From Methanococcus maripaludis (GTDB taxonomy: Archaea > AGJL01 > Methanococci > Methanococcales > Methanococcaceae): 32,000 nucleotides of DNA. The notes beneath the pieces were generated by a model, which saw only the letters and a list, made by a program, of their open reading frames with translations, was not told the DNA's origin and did not search any database. Numbering within the stretch: the first letter of the stretch is position 1; each line of letters starts with the position of its first letter. The stretch lies in NCBI RefSeq assembly GCF_002945325.1, contig NZ_CP026606.1, positions 1,200,001 through 1,232,000 on the forward strand, in the 5' to 3' direction. This document shows positions 17,469 to 26,304 of the stretch, piece by piece. A program made the translations under genes and the position numbers.

Positions 17469-18830
17469 ATGGATTTTGTTTCACTTGTTAATACAGTTAA
17501 CAGTTTTGTTTGGGGTCCTTACATGCTCGTACTTCTTTTGGGTACCGGGATCTTTTTAACATTGAGATTAGGTTTTATGCAAATTCACACGTTGCCTTAT
17601 GCATTAAAACTCGCATTTTCAAAACATCAAGATGAAACTTCAGAAGGGGACATCTCACACTTTCAGGCATTGATGACTGCGCTTGCAGCAACAATCGGTA
17701 CTGGAAACATCGCAGGGGTTGCAACAGCATACGTTCTTGGTGGACCTGGTGCAATATTCTGGATGTGGGTCACCGCATTTTTTGGAATGGCTACAAAATA
17801 TGCAGAAGCAGTTCTTGCAATTAAATACAGAACTGTCGATGACAACGGAGAAATGGCAGGAGGTCCAATGTACTTCCTTGAAAAAGGACTTCCAGACCAC
17901 GGACTTGGAAAAATTTTAGGGGTTGCATTTGCATTTTTCGGTGCATTTGCTGCATTTGGTATTGGTAACATGGTTCAAACGAACTCAGTTGCTGATGCAG
18001 TGGCTTCAAACTTTGGTGTTGATCCATTAATTACAGGATTTGTTCTTGCAATATTCACAGCTGCAGTTATTTTGGGCGGTATTAAAAGTATCGGTAAAGC
18101 TACAGGTATTATCGTACCCTTCATGGCAGTATTTTACATATTGGCAGGATTAGTAATTCTTGCAATGAATATTGGTTACATTATTCCAGCGTTTGGAACA
18201 ATATTCTCTTCAGCATTTAACTTTAGCGCAGGATTCGGTGCATTAATTGGTACTGCAATCATGCGGGGGGTTAAAAGAGGTGTATTTTCAAACGAAGCAG
18301 GTCTTGGTTCCGCACCAATTGCAGCAGCAGCTGCTAAAACAGATCACCCTGGAAGACAGGCATTAGTTTCAATGACTGGTACATTCCTCGATACAATTGT
18401 TGTATGTACAATTACTGGATTAGTTTTAACAATTGCAGGTTTAAAAGCATTCCCTGGTCTTACAGACTTAACGGGCGCATCTTTAACCGCAGCTTCATTC
18501 GACGCATTAATGCCAATGGGTGGATTGATCGTTACAATTGGTCTTGTATTCTTTGCATACTCAACGGTACTTGGATGGTCGTACTACGGTGAAAAATGTT
18601 TCGAATATTTAATCGGTACGAAAGGAATTAGGTTGTACAGAATTGCATTTGTTTTAGTTGCTTTCTGGGGTGCAACCGCAAGCTTACCACTTGTATGGAA
18701 CATTGCAGATACATTAAACGGAGCAATGGCAATTCCAAACTTGATTGGTTTGTTATTACTTTCAGGAGTAGTTGTTAGCGAAACAAAAGCTTTCAACGAA
18801 ATAAGGAAAAATGAAGCTAAAAACGCTTAA
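17469..18830 (+). CDS. agcS: Sodium:alanine symporter (AGCS family)
   Basis: 453 aa, about 11 TM segments. QALMTALAATIGTGNIAGVATA, FWMWVTAFFGMATKYAE and FSNEAGLGSAPIAAAAAKTDHP are hallmark AGCS family blocks. Confidence 0.9.
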   Translation: MDFVSLVNTVNSFVWGPYMLVLLLGTGIFLTLRLGFMQIHTLPYALKLAFSKHQDETSEGDISHFQALMTALAATIGTGNIAGVATAYVLGGPGAIFWMWVTAFFGMATKYAEAVLAIKYRTVDDNGEMAGGPMYFLEKGLPDHGLGKILGVAFAFFGAFAAFGIGNMVQTNSVADAVASNFGVDPLITGFVLAIFTAAVILGGIKSIGKATGIIVPFMAVFYILAGLVILAMNIGYIIPAFGTIFSSAFNFSAGFGALIGTAIMRGVKRGVFSNEAGLGSAPIAAAAAKTDHPGRQALVSMTGTFLDTIVVCTITGLVLTIAGLKAFPGLTDLTGASLTAASFDALMPMGGLIVTIGLVFFAYSTVLGWSYYGEKCFEYLIGTKGIRLYRIAFVLVAFWGATASLPLVWNIADTLNGAMAIPNLIGLLLLSGVVVSETKAFNEIRKNEAKNA

Positions 18831-19009
18831 ATTAACAATTAATTACCTATTAATTAACAATCCAATACTTTTTTGTTTATTATATTTTTAAGGAATTAAT
18901 TCAAATTAGTGGTTTTTGCAATTTATAGTTTTAAAATGATAATATGCCTCAATACTTTTTTATACGTAAAATGGATAAATCTATAGGATTTGTAATTTAG
19001 GTGATTTAA

Positions 19010-20305
19010 ATGATTACTGACAGAGTTTCCGATTACTTGGAAAAAATCGAGAAGTCTGATGTTAATGCTTTTATCGATGTTAACGGCGAGAAAGTTTTAA
19101 AAGAAGCAGAAGAACTGGAAAAAAACGACGCTCTTAAGAATAAACCTCTTTATGGAAAAATAGTTGCAGTAAAATCCAACATAAATGTAAAAGGCTACAA
19201 AATTTCATGTGCATCAAAAACACTTGAAAAATATGTGGGAACTTATGATGCAACAGTGGTTAAAAAATTAAGATCCCAAGGGGCGCTTATCGTTGGGATG
19301 ACAAACATGGATGAGTTTGCAGGCGGAAGCAGTGGTGAAACATCTTGTTATGGCCCAACGAAAAACCCTGCTGCAATGGATAGAATTCCTGGTGGAAGTA
19401 GCTCTGGAAGTGCTGCTGCAGTTGCTGCAGATTTGTGTGACATGGCAATTGGAAGCGACACTGGAGGAAGTATTAGAAATCCTGCAAGCCACTGTGGAAT
19501 TGTTGGATTCAAACCTTCATACGGTGTAGTATCAAGACAGGGTTTGTGCGACCTTGCAATGAGTTTCGATCAGATTGGCCCATTAACCAAAAATGCAGAA
19601 GATGCATTAGTTTTAACAAACGCAATAAAAGGAATTGACAGGTCTGACAGCACTTCACTCGAAACACCGAAATTCGAAAAAAAGGATATTTCAAATTACA
19701 AAATTGGTGTTGTAAAAGAATTCATGGATGTAACTGACGAAAAAATCAGAAACGAAATTGAAAAAGGAATCGAAGTTTTCAAAGATATGGGCTGTAAAAT
19801 TGTTGATTTAAGCTACAAATATATTGATTTAGCTCTTCCAACTTACTACCTCATAAACTACGTTGAATTCTTCTCTGCAACAAGAAAATACGACGGAAGA
19901 AGATACGGGGAATTCATCGAAGAAGCTTGTGGTGAAGAAGTTTTAAGAAGAATATTAATTGGAAAACACATCAGTGAACAGGAATTCAGTGGAAAATACT
20001 ACAAAAAAGCACTTCAGGCAAGAAAATCAATGAAAAAAGAAATGCTTGGACTTTTTAATAGTGCTGATTTGATAGTTGGTCCAACTGTACCAAAACTCCC
20101 GCACAAACTCGGTGAAGATGTTTCCCCAATGGAAATGTATGCATATGACGTTTTAACAGTTCCAACAAACATTTGCGGAATATGTTCTGGTGTTGTTAGA
20201 TGCGGAAATATCCAAGGCGTTCCAGTAGGATTACAAATCCAAGGGGCACCTCTTGAAGATGAAAAAGTACTCAGTGCAATGATCGAGTTTGAAAAAAATT
20301 ATTAA
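19010..20305 (+). CDS. gatA: Glutamyl/aspartyl-tRNA amidotransferase subunit A
   Basis: Amidase signature GGSSSGSAAAVAADLCDMAIGSDTGGSIRNPAS. Size and ends are typical of GatA. AGGTGA RBS. Confidence 0.9.
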   Translation: MITDRVSDYLEKIEKSDVNAFIDVNGEKVLKEAEELEKNDALKNKPLYGKIVAVKSNINVKGYKISCASKTLEKYVGTYDATVVKKLRSQGALIVGMTNMDEFAGGSSGETSCYGPTKNPAAMDRIPGGSSSGSAAAVAADLCDMAIGSDTGGSIRNPASHCGIVGFKPSYGVVSRQGLCDLAMSFDQIGPLTKNAEDALVLTNAIKGIDRSDSTSLETPKFEKKDISNYKIGVVKEFMDVTDEKIRNEIEKGIEVFKDMGCKIVDLSYKYIDLALPTYYLINYVEFFSATRKYDGRRYGEFIEEACGEEVLRRILIGKHISEQEFSGKYYKKALQARKSMKKEMLGLFNSADLIVGPTVPKLPHKLGEDVSPMEMYAYDVLTVPTNICGICSGVVRCGNIQGVPVGLQIQGAPLEDEKVLSAMIEFEKNY

Positions 20306-20437
20306 CTTATTAAATTATTATTTTTTTATAAATTTCTAGACTATTTTTTACTTTTTTAAATTATCAAAGATAGTATTATCTAAAAAAATTAAATTTACAA
20401 TATAAAACTCGTTTAAAATTTAAAAAAAGAGAAAAAT

Positions 20438-20779
20438 TTAGATTTCTACGACATCCACGTCTTCTAACGGAATATCTTTTAAAGCTCTTCCAATTGAAGA
20501 TTTTGCAATCCTGACAGCGTGTTCCGGACTTTCTGCATTAAAAACTTTCATTGAAAGTAAAATACCTACAATTGCTGTTTTTGCAACTACGAGTACACAA
20601 TCGATTGGTTCGCCACATTTTGGGCAGATTGTTAAACCAACGTCAATATCGACGTAATCTAAGCTTCCTTTGTTTAATAGTTTTCCAATTTGGGATATTG
20701 CAACCCCTATTGCATCTTCTACGTCTTCAACATTTTTCGCAATGTATGAAGCCTGTAATGTTACGTGGTAATTTCCCAT
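20438..20779 (-). CDS. Small conserved archaeal protein with CPxC...C zinc-ribbon-like insert (UPF0212/DUF555-like)
   Basis: 113 aa. [12 protein letters not shown]...[11 protein letters not shown]...[15 protein letters not shown] resembles my recollection of the UPF0212 family. Function unknown. Confidence 0.55.
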   Translation of the reverse strand: MGNYHVTLQASYIAKNVEDVEDAIGVAISQIGKLLNKGSLDYVDIDVGLTICPKCGEPIDCVLVVAKTAIVGILLSMKVFNAESPEHAVRIAKSSIGRALKDIPLEDVDVVEI

Positions 20780-20799
20780 GTTTTCTCACCGAAATCTCG

Positions 20800-21105
20800 C
20801 TATTTTGCTAATGTAAATCTCACGTCGTCGTCTCCTACATTAAAAATTCCGAGCCTTGCTCCAGCATCAATCCAGCCGTAAGCATAATTCAACGAAGCGA
20901 ATGCATTTATATAATCTCCTTTATCTATAAATGTTTTTGCATCTTCAAAGTAGCAGTCGATCATTACCAGAAAGTCGGAAGCAACGTCGGATAAAAGACT
21001 TTTTTCTGGAGGTAATCCGTTTTTTATAATTGTAATTGCTTCTTTAGTTCTTTCAAAGTAATTTTCTATTTTTTTATCAGTAATAATATTGTCAATTTCT
21101 ACCAT
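20800..21105 (-). CDS. Small helical conserved archaeal protein (DUF357-like)
   Basis: 101 aa. [37 protein letters not shown] resembles the DUF357 core. It ends 20 nt upstream of the previous gene and is probably co-transcribed with it. Confidence 0.5.
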   Translation of the reverse strand: MVEIDNIITDKKIENYFERTKEAITIIKNGLPPEKSLLSDVASDFLVMIDCYFEDAKTFIDKGDYINAFASLNYAYGWIDAGARLGIFNVGDDDVRFTLAK

Positions 21106-21291
21106 TTAATCACAAAATCAGCATTTTTTTATTTTTCATTTTTATTAACGTTTTAATTTATTTTCACTATTGATTACATTTATAGCTAACTAAAATAATC
21201 ATAGCACCTATCGAAAATTAAAACGTTAAATAACGTAATATTTTAGCACATTTTCGACAATTTTTTCGACAATAGGTGAATAGTGAAAACA

Positions 21292-21299
21292 TTTATATA
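21292..21299 (+). promoter_or_regulatory. TATA box (TTTATATA) of the por operon
   Basis: Consensus match 74 nt upstream of ATG 21373, immediately downstream of the repeat cluster at 21145..21273. Confidence 0.5.
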
Positions 21300-21372
21300 A
21301 TAATAATTGTAACGATTAATCATGATGATTACAAATATGGTTTCATTGCAGAGGTTATTTTGAGGTGAATTG

Positions 21373-21903
21373 ATGAAAGAAGTTAGATTCCACGGAAGAG
21401 GGGGACAGGGCGCAGTAACAGCAGCTCAAATTCTTGCTAAGGCTGCATTCTACGATGGTAAGTTCTGCCAAGCTTTTCCATTCTTTGGTGTGGAAAGAAG
21501 AGGGGCTCCCGTAATGGCATTTACAAGAATTGACGATGAAAAAATAAGATTAAGAAGCCAGATTTACGAACCAGATTACGTAATTGTACAGGATCCAACA
21601 TTGATGGATTCAGTAGATGTTACAAGCGGGATCAAAGATGGCGGAATAATTTTGATAAACACGTTAAAAGACATAAAACTCAATGGCTACGACGTTAAAA
21701 CAATAGATGCTACAGGAATAGCATTAGATGTTCTTGGAGTTCCAATTGTAAATACGACACTTTGTGGAGCTTTTGCCGGGCTTACTGGAGAAGTTACTAT
21801 CGAATCACTTAAAAAATCGATTTTGGAAACATTTCCAGGTAAATTAGGCCCTAAAAATGCAGATGCAGCTGAAAAAGCGTATAACCTAACAAAAGGTCTG
21901 TAA
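21373..21903 (+). CDS. porC: Pyruvate:ferredoxin oxidoreductase gamma subunit
   Basis: [23 protein letters not shown]...[10 protein letters not shown] is the conserved start of 2-oxoacid:ferredoxin oxidoreductase gamma subunits. The start is ATG 21373 after a GAGGTGA RBS; the TTG at 21370 is rejected. Confidence 0.88.
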   Translation: MKEVRFHGRGGQGAVTAAQILAKAAFYDGKFCQAFPFFGVERRGAPVMAFTRIDDEKIRLRSQIYEPDYVIVQDPTLMDSVDVTSGIKDGGIILINTLKDIKLNGYDVKTIDATGIALDVLGVPIVNTTLCGAFAGLTGEVTIESLKKSILETFPGKLGPKNADAAEKAYNLTKGL

Positions 21904-21917
21904 TTTAAGGTGAGTAC

Positions 21918-22175
21918 ATGGTAAACACAGGAACAATTATTTATGAACCTGGAAGTTCAGCAAAAAATAAAACTGGAAGCTGGAGAGTATTCAAACCAGT
22001 TTTAGATCAAGACAAATGCGTAAAATGTGAAAATTGTTACATCTTCTGTCCTGAAGGCTGTATCCAAGAAAAAGATGGAAAATTTGAAATTGACTACGAC
22101 TACTGTAAAGGATGCCTAATTTGCGAGAAAGAATGTCCTGTAAAAGCGATAAAAGCAGAAAGGGAAGAAAAATAA
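21918..22175 (+). CDS. porD: Pyruvate:ferredoxin oxidoreductase delta subunit (2x[4Fe-4S])
   Basis: 85 aa with two ferredoxin motifs, CVKCENCYIFCP and CKGCLICEKECP. Confidence 0.88.
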   Translation: MVNTGTIIYEPGSSAKNKTGSWRVFKPVLDQDKCVKCENCYIFCPEGCIQEKDGKFEIDYDYCKGCLICEKECPVKAIKAEREEK

Positions 22176-22195
22176 GACTGATTTAGGAGGATATC

Positions 22196-23359
22196 ATGTG
22201 TGAAGTTAAGGTTATCACAGGAACTTCTGCAGCCGCTGAAGCTGCAAAGCTTGCAGATGTAGATGTTATTGCAGCATATCCAATTACCCCCCAAACGACA
22301 TGTGTAGAAAAGCTTGCAGATTTTGTGGCCAATGGCGAATTAAACGCAGAATACATTAAAGTGGAAAGTGAACATTCTGCAATGAGTGCAAGTATTGGGG
22401 CAAGTGCAGCAGGTGCAAGAGCATTTACTGCGACATCATCACAAGGTTTAGCATTAATGCACGAAGTTTTATTTGCCGCAGCAGGAATGAGAGTTCCAGT
22501 TGTAATGATGAATGCAAACAGGGCATTATCTGCACCAATTAACATTTGGAATGACCAGCAAGACAGTTTATCTCAAAGAGATACAGGATGGATTCAACTA
22601 TACGCTGAAGACAACCAGGAAGTTTTAGATTTAGTTATACAGGCATTTAAAATTGCAGAAGATGAAAAAGTTCTTCTTCCAGTTATGGTAAACTTGGATG
22701 GTTTTATTTTAACCCACACTGTAGAGCCAGTTACACTTCCAAAACAGGAAAATGTACTCGACTTTATAGGAACTTATGAACCAAAACATGCATATTTGGA
22801 CCCTAAAAAACCAATGACGCAAGGTGCGCTTGGTGATCCAAACTACTACATGGAAACAAGATATGCAATAGAAACTGCAATGGAAAATGCTAAAAAAGTT
22901 ATTGCAGACGTTCACGATGCTTTTGCAGAAAAATTCAACCGAGCTTACGGAAACGGGCTTATTGAAAGCTACAATTTAGAAAAAGCAGAAAATGTAATTG
23001 TTGCAATGGGTTCAATTTGTGGAACAATTAAAGATATGATCGATCTCAAGAAAAAAGAAGGCGTAGAAATCGGTTTATTAAAAATAAGATGCTACAGACC
23101 GCTCCCTATTGAAATGATCAAAGATGCACTCAAAAACGCCAAGAATGTTGCAATTCTCGATAAGAGTATAAGCCTTGGTATGAACAAAGGTGCAATTTAT
23201 GCAGATGTCGCATCACACTTGAAAGATAAAAAGACTGTAAATTACATTGTAGGTCTTGGTGGAAGGGACATTACTCCTGAAGACATTTTGGGAATTTACG
23301 ACGATGTAGAAATCTCTGAAGATGGAAAAACAAACTGGATCGGATTGAAGGAAGAATAA
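22196..23359 (+). CDS. porA: Pyruvate:ferredoxin oxidoreductase alpha subunit
   Basis: [26 protein letters not shown]...[27 protein letters not shown] is the typical alpha subunit N-terminus. GGAGG RBS. Confidence 0.92.
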   Translation: MCEVKVITGTSAAAEAAKLADVDVIAAYPITPQTTCVEKLADFVANGELNAEYIKVESEHSAMSASIGASAAGARAFTATSSQGLALMHEVLFAAAGMRVPVVMMNANRALSAPINIWNDQQDSLSQRDTGWIQLYAEDNQEVLDLVIQAFKIAEDEKVLLPVMVNLDGFILTHTVEPVTLPKQENVLDFIGTYEPKHAYLDPKKPMTQGALGDPNYYMETRYAIETAMENAKKVIADVHDAFAEKFNRAYGNGLIESYNLEKAENVIVAMGSICGTIKDMIDLKKKEGVEIGLLKIRCYRPLPIEMIKDALKNAKNVAILDKSISLGMNKGAIYADVASHLKDKKTVNYIVGLGGRDITPEDILGIYDDVEISEDGKTNWIGLKEE

Positions 23360-23375
23360 TTTATTTGGTGATATT

Positions 23376-24272
23376 ATGACTGGAAGCCAATTTCCAAGAG
23401 AAGAATTATTTGCTCCAGGACACAGGGGCTGTGCAGGTTGTGGTGCAGCAATTGTTGCAAGACTCGCTTTAAAAGCTGCTGGAAAAAACACGATCGTTGC
23501 AAATGCTACAGGATGTCTTGAAGTTATGACAACGCCATACCCTGAAACTGCATGGAGAGTTCCTTGGATTCACGTTGCATTCGAAAACGCTGCAGCAGTA
23601 GCAAGTGGTGTCGAGGGAGCTGTAGCTGCCTTAAAGAGAAAACGCGGAAAATACGGTGAAGAAAAAGTAAACGTTATTGCATTTGGTGGTGACGGCGGTA
23701 CTGCAGATATCGGATTCCAAGCACTAAGTGGTGCAATGGAAAGAGGACACGACATGGTTTATATCATGTACGATAACGAAGCTTACATGAACACCGGAGT
23801 TCAAAGAAGTGGTTCAACGCCTTTAATGGCCTCAACAACGACTTCACCTGCCGGAAGCCTTATCCGTGGGGAAACTATGCCTAAAAAGAACATGCCAATG
23901 ATCATGGCAGCTCATGGAATACCTTATGTTGCAACAGCATCAATAAGTTACCCTGAAGATTTCATGAACAAAGTTAAAAAAGCATGTGAAATAAACGGTC
24001 CTGCATTTATTCAAGTAATGCAACCATGTACTACCGGCTGGGGATATCCTGCTGATAAAACAATTGAATTGGGCAGACTTGCAGTAGAAACTGGTGTTTG
24101 GCCACTTTTTGAAATTGAAAATGGTGAATTTAAGTTAAACTACAAACCACTTAAAAGAAAACCAATTGAAGAATACTTAAAAGTGCAGAAAAGATACAGA
24201 CACTTAAATCCCGAAGAGATTTCAGTAATTCAAAAGACCATCGACATGAAATGCGACGAATACGGTCTTTAA
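23376..24272 (+). CDS. porB: Pyruvate:ferredoxin oxidoreductase beta subunit (TPP and [4Fe-4S] binding)
   Basis: GHRGCAGCG cluster motif and the TPP-binding [38 protein letters not shown]. Confidence 0.92.
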   Translation: MTGSQFPREELFAPGHRGCAGCGAAIVARLALKAAGKNTIVANATGCLEVMTTPYPETAWRVPWIHVAFENAAAVASGVEGAVAALKRKRGKYGEEKVNVIAFGGDGGTADIGFQALSGAMERGHDMVYIMYDNEAYMNTGVQRSGSTPLMASTTTSPAGSLIRGETMPKKNMPMIMAAHGIPYVATASISYPEDFMNKVKKACEINGPAFIQVMQPCTTGWGYPADKTIELGRLAVETGVWPLFEIENGEFKLNYKPLKRKPIEEYLKVQKRYRHLNPEEISVIQKTIDMKCDEYGL

Positions 24273-24295
24273 TTAATATTTTTTAAGGTGCGATC

Positions 24296-24799
24296 ATGAA
24301 AAAAGTAATGATGGTTAACGAAGCTTGTGATAACTGCGGGGATTGTGTTAAATCATGTTCTGAAGTTCACGAAGTTAGTGGAATCAGCATTTGGGAGCAC
24401 GAAGGAAGGTATCTGCCAGTAGTATGCCAGCACTGTACCTCATCACCTTGTATGGATGTATGTCCTGTTTCGGCTATCGAATCAAAGGATGGTGTAATTT
24501 ATCTCGACAAAGAATCCTGCATTGGATGTGGACTCTGTGCAATGGCATGCCCCTTTGGTGCAATATACATAAGCGGAAAGACTGCACACAAGTGTGATTT
24601 GTGTTTTGGAAGAGACGAACAAGCATGTGTTAAAGCATGCAGTAAAAGATGTCTCGAAGTTGTAAACGTTGATGAATTAGTAATGGATAAAAAGTTGAAT
24701 AATATTGAAAATTTAACAGTTTTGGGTTCTAAAGGAAAATCCAAAAAGAAAAAAGGACTCCTTTCTTTAGTTACTGCATCGTCAAGATGTAATCCTTAA
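24296..24799 (+). CDS. porE: Polyferredoxin-like iron-sulfur protein PorE
   Basis: Four Cys clusters (CDNCGDCVKSC, CQHCTSSPCMDVCP, CIGCGLCAMACP, CDLCFGRDEQACVKAC). It follows porB directly, as described for the M. maripaludis anabolic POR. Confidence 0.75.
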   Translation: MKKVMMVNEACDNCGDCVKSCSEVHEVSGISIWEHEGRYLPVVCQHCTSSPCMDVCPVSAIESKDGVIYLDKESCIGCGLCAMACPFGAIYISGKTAHKCDLCFGRDEQACVKACSKRCLEVVNVDELVMDKKLNNIENLTVLGSKGKSKKKKGLLSLVTASSRCNP

Positions 24800-24817
24800 A
24801 ATTATCTGGTGAAGTTC

Positions 24818-25234
24818 ATGAAGGTAATGCCAAATATTGACTTGTGCGTAGATTGCAAAAAGTGTGAACGGGCATGTCCTATAAACGCAATTCACGTTTT
24901 TGATGGGATTCCCATTAGATGTATGCACTGTGAAGATGCACCCTGTCTTAATGTATGTCCCGAAGATGCAATTGAAAAAATAGCTGATAAAGTAGTAGTA
25001 CATCCTGAAAAGTGTGTCGGATGCGCATTATGTGCGGAAGTATGCCCTGTTGGGGCCATACAGATTGATAGATGTACAAAAGTCGCAGTAAAATGTGATG
25101 GATGTATTGAACGAGGCAGTGAAGTATGTCTTGAAGTATGCCCTACAAAGGCACTTGACTACTACGAAAATACAATTGAAAACAAAAGAGCGGAACTTGT
25201 TTCAAAACTTAAGAAATTAACTTCAAGAAAATAA
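24818..25234 (+). CDS. porF: Polyferredoxin-like iron-sulfur protein PorF
   Basis: Four Cys clusters (CVDCKKCERACP, CMHCEDAPCLNVCP, CVGCALCAEVCP, CDGCIERGSEVCLEVCP). I prefer ATG 24818 with GGTGA 6 nt upstream; the GTG at 24809 is probably part of the RBS. Confidence 0.75.
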   Translation: MKVMPNIDLCVDCKKCERACPINAIHVFDGIPIRCMHCEDAPCLNVCPEDAIEKIADKVVVHPEKCVGCALCAEVCPVGAIQIDRCTKVAVKCDGCIERGSEVCLEVCPTKALDYYENTIENKRAELVSKLKKLTSRK

Positions 25235-25244
25235 ATTTATTTTT

Positions 25245-25736
25245 TTATTTTATGGAAATTAACTCTGCATCAATTTTTCTTTCTTCTATTTTTAATTTCA
25301 TAATCGTTTTTAATGGATATCTTGGAACAGTCGGGCTTCCAGGATTCAAAAGTAATATTTTTTTATTTTCAGCATGTAGTTCTTTTATCATAGGAACGTG
25401 GGTATGTCCAGAAATTAAAACATCCCAGTTTTTTTCAAGGCATAAATATTTCATTTTTAATGTATCTCCACGCGGATGAATCTGGTTTCCATGAATTATT
25501 CCAATTTTGAAATTTTCAATGTTTAGTTCATGTTCTTTTGGATAATTCATATAATCCATGTTTCCAGAAACGACTAAAATTTCACTGATTTTTTTTAATT
25601 CATTTAAAACGGATTCAGACGTTACATCACCGCAGTGAATTATTAAATCTACGTCAGAAAAGTGTTCAAAAATTTCTTTCGGTAGTTTTTTAGCCCTTTC
25701 TGGAATATGTGTATCTGAAATGATCCCTATAATCAT
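25245..25736 (-). CDS. Metallophosphoesterase, YfcE/MJ0936 family
   Basis: Calcineurin-like phosphoesterase motifs in order: ISDTH, GDV, GNMD, HGN, GHTH. The 163-aa size is typical of this subfamily. Confidence 0.85.
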   Translation of the reverse strand: MIIGIISDTHIPERAKKLPKEIFEHFSDVDLIIHCGDVTSESVLNELKKISEILVVSGNMDYMNYPKEHELNIENFKIGIIHGNQIHPRGDTLKMKYLCLEKNWDVLISGHTHVPMIKELHAENKKILLLNPGSPTVPRYPLKTIMKLKIEERKIDAELISIK

Positions 25737-25797
25737 GATTTAACCCTTAAAAAACTTGGAAAATTGATATACTTATAAAAATCTTTTAAAATAAAAA

Positions 25798-26106
25798 GTG
25801 GCTTCCTTGAGGTGGGTGAAAAATCCTGAAACCCATTGTACCTCAAGTTCTGCTCGATTCCGCAACCCTCTGAGCGTTGAAGTTCTTTCTACCGCTGCTC
25901 CCTTCCGGGCCTGACGGGGTTCGAAAGATAAGGGAGGTTTGTCTTTTTCCTACAAAAAAGGTTCCTCCTCCATCTTACCCCAAAGGACGAAATGTCTACA
26001 CAAAACTTGAGAATGAGCGACAGAATTCAAAACCGCCCTCAAGTTTTCGGCTCTCGCAAAGGCGATTTCGAGTTACAGGAAACGCCTAACTTCCCAGCCT
26101 AGCCAC
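25798..26106 (-). ncRNA. Signal recognition particle RNA (archaeal 7S RNA), about 309 nt
   Basis: This is the only GC-rich island in the window. The minus strand reads 5'-GUGGCUAGGCUGGGAAG... (archaeal Alu-domain start) and contains the invariant helix 8 motif CCGUCAGGCCCGGAAGGGAGCAGCGGUAG. The 5' GUGGCU pairs with the 3' AGCCAC. Ends are approximate, within a few nt. Confidence 0.9.
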
Positions 26107-26121
26107 ATCAAGGTTTAAGTG

Positions 26122-26137
26122 TTTATATTTATATACC
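26122..26137 (-). promoter_or_regulatory. TATA element of the SRP RNA gene
   Basis: TTTATATTTATATACC is centred about 25 bp upstream of the inferred RNA 5' end at 26106. That is the canonical archaeal TATA-to-start distance. Confidence 0.5.
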
Positions 26138-26304
26138 TTACGATAATAATCAATAAGTATACTAAATGCAAATATGCCAAAAACATATAAAAACTATTAT
26201 ATAGCATAAAAGAGGGAATATATTTAGTAAAAACAATTTTTTGACTGTTAACATACTACTAAACGTAATTTACACAACCATCTTCACCGCTTTGGAGGAT
26301 TAAT

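Noticed and set aside
18893-18902. 10-bp palindrome GAATTAATTC just after a TATA-like element upstream of gatA, and ATTAACAAT-type repeats at 18826..18866
   Set aside because: These are short and almost purely A/T, so such matches are expected by chance in intergenic DNA of this composition. GGAATTAATTCA does not complete a GGAA-N6-TTCC site.
25877-26089. 70-aa plus-strand ORF (MKFFLPLLPSGPDGVRK...)
   Set aside because: It lies wholly within the SRP RNA gene on the opposite strand. The open frame is a by-product of the local GC richness.
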